DNA of 27,712 bases from Anthoceros angustus (Eukaryota; Plantae; Anthocerotophyta): NCBI GenBank assembly GCA_010909165.1, contig VJWM01000376.1, forward strand, positions 1 through 27,712, written 5' to 3'. The position numbers and the translations under genes were made by a program. Positions 11,004-20,794 of the stretch are shown in pieces (the stretch's first letter is position 1; the number at the start of each line of letters is the position of its first letter). The notes under the pieces are model-generated. The model did no database searches. It saw only the letters and a list, made by a program, of their open reading frames with translations, and was not told the origin of the DNA.

Positions 11004-12614
11004 TTGTACATTCATAGGCCATGGTTCCTAGTAGGTTCCAAATTTGGTATTGGCGGATTTTGGCTTTGTGGCGGTGTCCTTGTGATGATTTGGAGGTTTT
11101 TGGTTTTCGATCACTGGCGGGGGCTTTTGGCTCGATTCTGGCTCTTCTGCTGGTGTTCTGCGGTAATCGATGATGGTGCCCGAGTCTGAGGTTAATTTTG
11201 TCTACAAGTTACATTTGGTATGAGGGGTTTGTTTTGCTCCTCGCTTGGCAAGGGAGGCTATTTTGATCTATGGAGGATGAGGTTCGGCTTCTCTTAGTAT
11301 CATTTTTTTCTCAATTTGCGGTTTCAAAATAAAGCGTGATTTTTTTCACAAAATAAAAACCATGCTCCCGCTTAACGGATGAGTCCACCCCAATACCTAT
11401 TAGAACTCACGATGTCTCATTTGAGGAAGCCAATGTGCCTTTTCCAAGAGGCACTTATGTAGTTATTTGGGTTTCTTCCTTCTAGCGAGGAAATTGCAAG
11501 ATATATATTAATACATATTTATTTATAGATCATTAGGCGATGCAGCCATGAGGCTATGATGCCTCTATTTACATTTTTTTTCACCAGCAATGCTTGCAGT
11601 AGATTTTTCAAATTCCTAATTCTAATATTATAATAGCGAAAGAGGTTTTGGTCCTATGGAGCTTGTTGTGGTGTATATTAATACATATAGACCACAATAA
11701 GTGCATTTAAAACCCTACAATTTGGAAAGTCTACATTTTAGATAAGCCTATGGAGGTAGTTCTAGATGGAACATACATCCAAGATAAAGTCGCCAAGTTG
11801 AAGAGATGTGGCAAAACATTAAAACAAGGTCCTCATTTCAAGACACTATCACCAAGTCATTCAAATACCTTGATGGAGCTAGCCCTAAATGGAACACATA
11901 CCCAAAGACGAAGGCCCCTTAACAATCATCAAGTATTTATGATAACCTTGTGGAGTTTGCTCGAGAAAACAAACGCTCAAGCACGCTTCCTTGAAGAGAG
12001 TAGGTTCCCATTATAACATTGTACCACCAAGTATGTCAAATCACCTTGTGGAGTGTGACCGAGAGGAACATATGCACAAGTACAAAGTCCTTGAAGAAAC
12101 TAGGTCAAATACCTACAATCAAACTTGGGTAGGTACCCATCCATTATTCTTCCGTTGACGTGAAGAGTCAAGGGTATCAAATTTGAGGTTGGTATATTAT
12201 CCTAGCATTATTCTAAAATGTCGAGATAAGAAAGGTAATTTCAAAGAAAAATAGAAGTGTAGGAGAGGGGACAATGTGTGTGGGGGGTAACTAGTGGAGA
12301 AAGTGATTGGGAGCAGAGAGTATGGGGTGCAAGAAGAAAAGAAAAGGAAGGAGGGACAAGATTTATGAGTAAAAGGAAATATTATAAAATAGAAATAGAT
12401 TGAAAAAATAAAACATAAAATATGGAAAAGAGTGAAAAGATAGAAGATAAAAAGAAAAAAGAAAAAGTGAAGAAGATATCAAACAAAAAATTTGAATACC
12501 TAGTTGAAATCTTCTTTGATATTATGTATTGAAGAAGAATAAAGTCATTGAATTTAGGTAACATGGATCGACAAGAAAAAGATTGTATATCGAGAAATAA
12601 ATGAGTTTGTTCTC

Positions 12615-12915
12615 TATATATGTACAAGTCCTCTCATCACAATTTCACATATTTGACTGCACTTGCTATCTCGTGAGTTATTCTCTTATTAGGTACATTT
12701 GTTTAGGTTTGATTGTAGTAGATTTGCTTAGGTTTGATTGTAGTAGATTTGCTTAGGTTTGATTGTGATATTGCTCTTAGATTTGCTTAGATGTGATTGT
12801 AATTTTGGTCTTAGACTTGTTGTGCATTGAAATGGGTAGAGTATTGGCGAAGATCTTTTGTATAGAAAATGTAATCGATTGCTTGATGTTGCTTGGTTTT
12901 GTGTAGCTAGAGAAA
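12615..12915 (+). promoter_or_regulatory. Putative TATA box and intron-containing 5' UTR of the peptide-precursor gene
   Basis: TATATAT at 12615-12621, GTGAGT donor at 12673 (alternative GTACAT at 12693), TGTGTAG acceptor ending 12906, then GAAAATGGCG start context. The same layout is present in copy B. Confidence 0.45.
12699..12803 (+). repeat. 25-bp tandem repeat, about 4 copies (ttgcttaggtttgattgtagtagat)
   Basis: Read directly from the sequence. The paralogue at ~26860-26945 has about 3 copies. Confidence 0.85.
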
Positions 12916-13521
12916 ATGGCGACATCTATGGGATTTGGACGATCTTTCCTTGCTATTTTCCTTGCTCTTCTACTCATGTTTCCAAGCATATTGCTAGGCG
13001 TACTTAGGGAGTCACTTGAACGTCAAGAGGATAGATATATTGATGACATATTGAGGGCTCCACGAAAACCGCCTAGTGGTCCTAGCCCAATGAGCCGTGG
13101 ATGCCTCCTCTAGATCCAAAGGTGATTGTTCGAGGAGACGAAGGCATCTTGAGGGCTCCTAGAAAACCACCTAGTGGTGCTAGCCACAGTAATGAGCCCG
13201 GGATGCCTCCTCTCGATGTAGAGAAAGTGACTGCTCAAGGAGACGACGCATCTTGAGGGCTCCAAGAAAACCACCTAGCGGTGCTAGCTCCGGCAATGAG
13301 CCGGGATGCCTCCTCTAGAGGCAAAGAAAGTAAGGGCACAAAGGCATCTTGAGAGCTCCAAGAAAACCACCTAGTGGTGCTAGCCACGGCAATGAGCCCG
13401 GGATGCCTCCTCTAGATCCAAGGTGACTCTTGAGGAGACGACGCATCTTGAGGGCTCCACGAAACCACCTAGCGGTGCTAGCCCTGGCAATGAGCCTGGG
13501 ATGCCTCCTCTAGATCCATAG
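12916..13521 (+). CDS. Secreted multi-module peptide-hormone precursor (CLE/IDA-like), 5 peptide repeats; frameshifted as assembled
   Basis: Signal peptide MATSMGFGRSFLAIFLALLLMFPSILLG, an acidic spacer, then five repeats (gag(g/a)gctcc at 13053, 13151, 13255, 13351, 13450) encoding ILRAPRKPPSG(P/A)S(P/H/S)xNEPGMPPL(D/E). It ends MPPLDP-TAG at 13521. Indels between modules break the frame, so the assembled ORF stops at 13113. Confidence 0.7.
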
Positions 13522-14326
13522 AGAGTCATTTTTCAACTTGTCGGTATTGAGTGTAGAAGTAATGGCTCATACAAGGCACAAGTGGGAATTATAATGTGCA
13601 TATGTCGTTCACCCTTGGACACCCTTTTTGTTGGGAAGGTGTGGTATTGAAACGGGGAGATATTTTCTTGTCGTATATTTATTGAAGAATTTAACTGAAC
13701 TTATTATGTTAACAATAAACAATAATTCGGATTTACTAACTATTGATCTTTTTGATGTCAATACGACATTAAAGGGAATGTGTTACTGACCCCATCATTT
13801 CACTCCGGGAACAAGGATGTGGAAATGCATGTCACACCATTTGGTCTACACCTGTGGCTTTAGCTGCATCTGATACGAAGACGATCCCCAGACTGATGGG
13901 CCCCATTGCATATAGCACGATCATTGCATATAGCACCAGCCCAAGTGAGAGGGATGGGAGAAAAGTGATAGCAAGCCTGTCTACACAGCACCAAGCAGCA
14001 GGTGGAATTGAAGGACAAGACTACCGCACCAGTGTGAATACGCAAGTTTACTGAGGAGTGGCAGAAATGGTCATGTGCAGCAACTTTCAGGCAGCATAAT
14101 CCCACAACTGAACACCCTCAGCAGAGCTGAGGCTTGGCAGGTAGCTGGAAACCAGTGAGCACTGCATCTTGCAGCATGATAGACCCGAGCTCGCGATGGA
14201 GAAAGAATTAGGACACAGGACTTAGAATATCTAGGAGATTGGAGACACAGGGTAGCCGCAAAAACCCCTTAGGTTGAAAGGTCCTCTCATGTTACAGCAC
14301 ATTGGTATGCCAAAAAATGAACCTAC

Positions 14327-15495
14327 CTAGCTCAGCACCGCGAGGACATCTGAAGCCCTCAGGACAACGTATTGGGTCCCATCCTTTCCTTTGAAGTCGT
14401 TTCCTGCATACTTGAGTACAAAACGCTGTTGCCAGAGGAGATCTGCAACGGCTTCCGCACACCGTCTTCACCGAGAGGTCCAGGCCCAGACGCTACAACC
14501 TGCTCACAATCGCAAAACAGAAACCAGATAGAATTCAGTTCAGCATCACAATTCCAATACCGGGCAGGTAGCTAGGGTTTTAGCTTACTCACGGTCCCAA
14601 TGACAGGCTTCTCCTTGGCACTGTCTGTGAGCAACACCCCGCCCGCTGTTTTGTCCTCTGCTTCTTGAATCTGACATCCGCAGAGGCGTGAGCGGGCCCC
14701 GAGCACAAAGATAGTGTAAAAGAGAAGATTCTGCTGATACATCACCTTAATGAGCACTCTGTCGTTCAGAGGCTGCAAATCCTTGATGTCATCAGTTTGC
14801 AGAAGCCCGACAATATCATCTTCCTTCAGCAAGAGGTGGTCTTCGCCGTTGAACTCCACCTCTGTTCCAGCGTACTTCGAGTACACAATGGAGTTACCGG
14901 TCTGCGCAGATAACGGATTATTCCCCCGGAAGCTACAGCCAACAGGTTTAAGGATATCCAAGCCAGCAGCAGCAGATTGACTGGGGATCCGAGTTCGGCT
15001 TAGGGCTGCACAAGCGAATGAATGGAATCCAACCTGAACGCTGAGTGCAACCTTTTTGTCGCCGAATGTCTTCCCGTCCCCGACGGCAACAACTTCGCCA
15101 CCTTGAGGCTTGGTCTGAGCAGTGGTCGGGAGAAGAATTCCGCCGCTTGTCTTCTCCTCAACAGTCTCGATCTTCACCAGAATACGGTCTCCCAGCGGCT
15201 TCAAGGTTTTGAACTGATGCAACAAAACAGATAGTGACAATCCTTCCGACACTGCAGAACACTCGAGATTGCCGCAGCTCGCCAATCAAGCAAAATTAGG
15301 TTTCTGTCGCCAAACCTTAGGCGCCACTGCAGTGGCGGCTCTGACGCACCCGCCGTTGCATCGTCGACGCAATGGAACCAGAGGCAGTTGAATGCGCACA
15401 GGTGTGGCCTGTCGCAAGCCCTCGAACGAGCTAATGCTCCAGGTTGCCGACGCCTGCAGAGGCGAGCGCAGCTGGGAACAGGCAGCCATCGACAT
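14327..15495 (-). CDS. CPN20: Chloroplast 20-kDa co-chaperonin (tandem cpn10/GroES domains). Exons 15495-15316, 15213-15034, 14901-14746, 14670-14593, 14499-14327; ~255 aa
   Basis: Transit peptide (SFEGLR...VRAATAVAPK), domain 1 KPLGDRILVK..KTSGGILLP..YSKYAGTEV, domain 2 QPLNDRVLIK..KTAGGVLL..GPGPLGEDG..YAGNDFKGKDG..VLRASDVLAVLS*. Four GT-AG phase-0 introns. One base is missing in exon 5 near 14413. Confidence 0.96.
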
Positions 15496-15570
15496 TGCCG
15501 GAAGGATCACAAGCACCGATACGTACAGCAGGAGCACCTCCTGAAAAAGGAGGAGGTGTCGAAGTTTCCA

Positions 15571-16110
15571 GAACTCAGTAGGGGTATTCCATCCTCACAC
15601 CATTTGCAGGGCAAACGGATATTATGTAAGTTTGTTGTAAGGAAATTGGAGAGAACTCAGTAGGGGTATTCCATCCTTACACCATTTGCAGGGCAAATGG
15701 ATATTATGTAAGTTTGTAGTAAGGAAAGAGGAGAGAACTTGGTAGGGGTATTCCATCTCACACCACCCTGCAAATGGATATTATGTAAGTTTGTAGTAAG
15801 GAAAGAAGAGAGAACTCAGTAGGGTATTCCATCCTCACACCACCTGCAAATGGATATTATGTAAGTTTGTAGTAAGGAAAGAGGAGAGAACTCGTAGGAG
15901 TATTCCATCCTCACACTATTTGCAGGGCAAACGGATATTATGTAATTTTGTAGTAAGGAAAGAGAACTCGGTAGGGGGTATTCCATCCTCATACCATTTG
16001 CAGGGCAAACGAATATTATGTAAGTTTGTAGTAAGGAAAGAGGAGAGAACTCAGTAGGGGTATTCCATCCTCACACCATTTGCAAGACAAATGGATATTA
16101 TGTAAGTTGT
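15571..16110. repeat. Minisatellite, about 7 units of 76-83 bp
   Basis: Units start gaact at 15571, 15653, 15735, 15812, 15888, 15964 and 16047. Consensus gaactcagtaggggtattccatcctcacaccatttgcagggcaaa(c/t)ggatattatgtaagtttgtagtaaggaaagaggaga. Confidence 0.95.
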
Positions 16111-16147
16111 AACAAAATGCAAAGGCGAGAGCAAGAGAGACTTCGCG

Positions 16148-16287
16148 TGTTCAGAACAGGTGTCTATAAATTAATGAAAAGAGTCTTAAGTATAAAACTA
16201 GTGTCGGTTCATAATTAACTAAACATTAACTAGCTTGCATAAATAACTGTGCTGTATTTTATATATAACGACGATAATTATTGAACA
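16148..16287 (-). mobile_element. Copia 3' LTR (140 bp)
   Basis: The minus strand begins TGTTCA directly after the PPT and ends TGAACA (perfect 6-bp inverted termini). It has an internal TATATAAAA and lies downstream of Copia RNase H on the same strand. Confidence 0.85.
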
Positions 16288-16317
16288 CCTCCCCTCCCCT
16301 CCCCTCTCCTCCTCCCC
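16288..16317 (-). other. Polypurine tract of the Copia element
   Basis: Minus strand ggggaggaggagaggggaggggaggggagg abuts the TG of the LTR. Confidence 0.85.
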
Positions 16318-16346
16318 GTAAACAAAGCACACTGAGAGAACAGAAT

Positions 16347-16673
16347 ATGCGCACAATGACAAGCTCCTTCTCACAACTCCTCGCACTGTGCGCCTTCACG
16401 ATTGCAATATACCTACTGTATCAACATGGAGTGGAAGAGCAGCGCATGCGCAAAAGAAAAACGAGAAGCAGGACGCCAGGGCACGAACAACAACGGAACA
16501 CACCACGGGAGTACACAACCGAGCAGAGGTATTGCATAGCTAACTGGGAGCTGCGATTCCTTATGTCAGTGGCCATAACATACATGACTAGTGAGATTGG
16601 AAGTTGGAGTGAGGAGGCGCTAGCAGAGCAAATGAAGCAAGCTGCCGCCAAGCCACTGCCTCCAGATGAATAG
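16347..16673 (+). CDS. Antisense ORF (108 aa) inside the Copia 3' region; putative membrane-anchored protein of unknown function
   Basis: Open ATG-to-TAG frame: MRTMTSSFSQLLALCAFTIAIYLLY followed by basic RMRKRKTRSR. It lies between pol and the PPT on the opposite strand. Confidence 0.35.
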   Translation: MRTMTSSFSQLLALCAFTIAIYLLYQHGVEEQRMRKRKTRSRTPGHEQQRNTPREYTTEQRYCIANWELRFLMSVAITYMTSEIGSWSEEALAEQMKQAAAKPLPPDE

Positions 16674-16813
16674 CGCACATGATTCAAATGCAGCGATAAC
16701 CGTTTAGGTAATAGTAGGAGCTTCTTCCACAATATCCTGCAGCATAGTTGGCCTGCAAATCTGCCAATGACTGTGGAGCACATATTTGTATGCAGGATGC
16801 CAGCAAAAAACAG

Positions 16814-17592
16814 TCATGGCTGATGCAAAGGGCAAGCCCTAAGTCCCATGGATTCCATGTGGAAATAGTGCTTGTGCTTGGGTAGGTGCTTAGTAAGGAG
16901 GTCCGCAATATTGTCATATGTAGAAACATACTGAATCTTCACAATCCTCCTTTCCACATAGTGTCGAACAAAGTGGTGATGTACCTCTATATGCTTGGTA
17001 CAAATGTGAAAACGCGGATTTGCGACCAAGGCTATAGTAGACATATTGTCGCAATAGATTGTGGTAGGGTTAGACTGCTTGAAACCTAAACCCAGGAGAA
17101 AACTTCTCTCCCATTCTGCTTCTTTTGCTGAGTCTGTCAGGGCCTTATATTCAGCCTTAGTAGAGGATAGTGCAAACAAACCCTTGCTTCTCAGAGCTCC
17201 AATAAACAGCTGCATGTGCCATGGTAAAGCAATAAGCAAATATACTACGACGTATCTCAGGGTCTGTGGCCCAATCTGCATCGGCATAACCACATAAGGT
17301 GAGAGCATCTTCACCTCCTTGAAAGCACAGGCCATATTTAACAGTCCCCTTTAAATATCTGAGAACTCTTATGACTGCTGCCATGCTCTCTGCCTGGATT
17401 TTTGTCAATGCCTTGTACCACTCCCTAGCACTCTGTTTAAGTGCATAAATTGTCTTCTTCAATCGACATACTCAATTTGGGTGTTCAGGGTCCAAAAAAC
17501 CTTCAGGCTTCTCCATGTAGATATCTTCTTTGAGTTTCCCATACAAGAATGCGGTATGGACATCCATTTGCTGTAGATCCCACGCATTTGCT
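16814..17592 (-). mobile_element. Ty1/Copia pol remnant (RT and RNase H), 5'-truncated and internally deleted
   Basis: WDLQQMDVHTAFLYGKLKEDIYMEKPEGF, LKKTIYALKQSAREWY, RVLRYLKGT, GYADADWA, SSTKAEYKAL, IYCDNMS, TKHIEV..HFVR, NIADLLTK. It contains a stop and a frameshift. Confidence 0.95.
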
Positions 17593-20401
17593 CACTACTA
17601 GGAAAACCAGCACTTTACTACCCCTTCAAAACTAGAGAGAGGCGGTTTTTAGATGTCTGTTCGTATTACAACGGGGGTTTTCAGTCCATGTATTATTTTT
17701 GTATAGATTTTAGCACTTTACAACATGGGTTTGATGTTTTACAATGTGGGGTATTTTTTTATGGTATATTTTGACAACGTGGTACTCTTTAGGAGCTTTT
17801 ACAAAGAGGATTTGCAAGATTACAACAAACTATAGTTTTCAACATGGGGTTTATACAACGCGGGCTGCCATAATTACAACACAATGTCTATTTACAACGA
17901 TAGCGGGTTACTCGGGGTTTATAACGTCGTCAACTCTAATTACAACACGGTGTCTTTTACAACATTGGCTCATGTTTAACAAAATGATTTTACAACAACA
18001 GAATACGCTTTTTACAATGGGGCTTCTTTTACAGCAATAGCTTCAATTTTACAACACATGAATGTATATTTACAACACAATATTTTATTTTTAAAATATT
18101 TCTAATTTAGCTTTGTAATTTGCATAGTAAAGAGTTTCTGTTGTATAGGGCCACGTCCATTTTACAACTAGGGTCATTATAATTTTAAATAATTTAGATT
18201 TCTCCTTGTAACTTGCATTGTAAAATGTAGATGTTGTAAAATTATCCATCTTTTTTACAACAAGTATCAATAAAATAATTTCATAATCAAAATTTCAATT
18301 TTAAACCACATTGTAAATCGTGGGACATAGTTTGCTAGTGCAATGTTTCGTCTTCTTACAACACTTTCTTTTTCTTAACTAATGAACTTAAAGGTTTTAA
18401 ACAAACCGTTTTACAAGAGATCAAACTCAAAGAGAGTGTATGGGTTACATGGACAAGCTATTAAAGCTGGAACCACTAACAGAATGTACTTATTCTTTCT
18501 AAAAAAAGTCATTTTCCTCGTGCACTAGTCCCGACAACCATCTTATTGTCATAGAGATCCATCGACGGATGGGCCGCACTTGCGGACGTGAAGTGGTGCT
18601 GGGCTTATTCAACATAGTAAAAAAATAAGGACATGGAGGTAGTACCGTAGTGAAAAAATAAAGACGTAGAGGTGATGTTGTGGTTAATCTACAAGATAAA
18701 TCAAGTAGCATTTACTACTTAAATGAATGACATGAGCTGCACAAATGTTCACTTGCCTGAAGGCTTCCCGTATCATAGTGTCCTACGGAGGAGATGGGTT
18801 TCGAGCTCCCACCCCCGTACACTCTACCATTAGGCTCCACCACTCCAGTAACTCATTGCTTGGAACTTATGAATTTTCATTAATTTTATTAGAATTTTAA
18901 ACTGCGAAACGAGTTTAAAATTATTTGTCCAGATGTTAGACTTGAGTGCGAGGCTGGATCGCGTGCGCGGGCGCTGCGTGTGGAGGCGGCCGGGGAGCTG
19001 GAGGAGGGGTGTGGAGCTGCATCCGGCACGGCAGTAGGGTTTGGCGGCTTAGGGAGATGGCGGATGATGCATCGCCGCACACAATGCCTCAGAGCTCTTA
19101 CTACCAAGGCGGTACTTTGTTGGACTCCCTCTCATGATGTGGTCCAAGAGCTACAGGAGCTGCATTGTCTAGCATTTTGAGATGGTGGTGAAGGTATCTT
19201 GCTAATTTTCCATGGCTATTCTGCAGGCTCGCCTTGAGCCGGAGGAAGGATCCGCCACATGAGGCGTGATGTGTGACGCTGCAATGTCTCCCGCGAGGAC
19301 CTAGCCGATTTGAGGCGAGCTCGCCACATCTCCGCTGACAGGTGATCTTGAGGCCGGTATACCTGATACTGATTTCAGCTAGCAAGCAACCGGTGCAAGG
19401 ATGAAGTCAAGGCAACAACAAGGTGCTTGGACTTGAGGGTCTCTTGTGGGAGCTCTAGGTCTTGCTATGAGAAGAGAAGACATCATCAATTATGGGAGAC
19501 CGTGGACTCAACGCTTTGCATTTGAAGGTAACACATAAATTGCATGTGCTAATTGGGGCTTGTTGCTAGTTGCAGCTTGCTACTTTCCCAAGCTACTTCT
19601 ACTGATACCTCAGCTTCTTGCACAGGATCATTAGGCTTATTTATCCCTTTCCAAGAACTTGATGTGGATGTCTCATAGATTCTTAGAATAGCCTTCCGAT
19701 GTTTTGGCCGTGTTGTTGCAACAGAATGGGCAAATGTATCCATCGTTGAAATGTTCACAGTATGACTCCGCAGTATCCCTACCCTTGTTTAGTCCTGTAG
19801 GTAGTATTTGAATAACTTATATTGTTATTTTACAACGATAGCTTTTATAAGGGTTTTAATTATTTGGCGGGAAAAGGTATACAACGGTTTGCATTTTTTG
19901 GCAGGAAAACGTTTACAACAGTTTGAATTTTTTGGCCGGCAAAGGTTTGCAACGGTTAGAATTTTTAGGGGAAAATATTTACAATGATGGAAACCATTAT
20001 AATGGTTTGAATTTTTTTTGGGGGGAATATTTACAATGATTTGAATTTTTTGGGGGGAAATATTTACAACGATACAAACCATCTACAACAGAATTTACAC
20101 TGGTTAATAAACCCTAAATACTTAACTAAAATATTTAACTGTGGTTAATAGAACCCCAGTTATAATACCAGAGTTAATATACTGTAGTTACTTAACCTGA
20201 GTATAATGACTATGGTTAGCCTGTACAATACGATAATATAAAATACTTGTATATCATACGTAGGAATATATACATCTAGTATATACACTTTGAGAAAATT
20301 ACAACGCAAATTACGAAGGGGTGTTTACAACAGTCATTCTACAACGGTCATTGTAATGTTGTTGTAAAGTCCGTTGTAAAAGGCTATTTTTCCTAGTAGT
20401 G
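17593..20401. mobile_element. Non-autonomous CACTA (En/Spm) element, 2809 bp
   Basis: Perfect 14-bp TIRs CACTACTAGGAAAA ... TTTTCCTAGTAGTG. Dense subterminal (T)TTACAAC-type repeats at ~17660-18420 and ~19825-20385. No transposase was recognised. Confidence 0.93.
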
Positions 20402-20794
20402 GAGGAATCCTTCCGTTCTGGAGGAAACCCTGCTTTCAAGCGGCACCCATTTTCATCCCTGAACTCTAGTGCTTGGTTTTCAAAGGAGGAGGTGGGGATA
20501 CGAGTTGTAGTGCACGAGCCTGGGAGGGGACTGGACCCCTTCCTCGAGAAGGAAGCATCTGGGGAACCGCGGGCTATCTCCCGTGACCTACAAATGGCTG
20601 AGGAGGAGCTCACAGCAGCGAAGAGGACTCTTCGCAAGTTCAGGCCCTACATGGCAGTGAAGGCTGAAGATCGGGAGCTTTCCCAAGAGGAGAAGGATGT
20701 CAAGATGCGTGGTCGAGAAGCGGCGAGGAGTTGGCCCTTTGCCGCCAAAGCACCGCGAAGTGAGGGAGCTTCCATGAAGACTGAGCCACAGTGA
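20402..20794 (+). other. Open frame of ~130 codons, probably TE-derived, unidentified
   Basis: Stop-free frame with a charged helical stretch RDLQMAEEELTAAKRTLRKF. Its 5' end is cut by the CACTA terminus and no family motif was recognised. Confidence 0.2.

Larger units (their letters stand above)
11002..13085 (+). repeat. Segment Z (~2.1 kb, upstream region plus the 5' end of the peptide gene), direct copy at 25139-27212 and partial copy at 23082-23666
   Basis: Near-identical sequence from acttgtaca..ataggccatggttcctagtagg through cgaaaaccgc(c/t)tagtgg. Differences are mostly small indels. Confidence 0.92.

Noticed and set aside
13053-13521. CRISPR-like or non-coding tandem repeat
   Set aside because: The repeats follow a signal-peptide ORF and each translates to the same peptide motif, so they are coding modules.
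14145-14326. 3' UTR intron of CPN20 (GTAGGT right after the stop, TTTCCAG acceptor)
   Set aside because: The splice-like signals are plausible, but they cannot be supported without transcript data.
14572-15285. Single-exon 237-aa bacterial-type groES ORF
   Set aside because: The ORF reads through in-frame introns, lacks the transit-peptide exon and the last exon, and has no groEL neighbour. The spliced plant CPN20 model explains it.
15571-16110. CRISPR array
   Set aside because: The whole ~80-bp unit repeats and there are no unique spacers. The context is eukaryotic and no cas genes are present.
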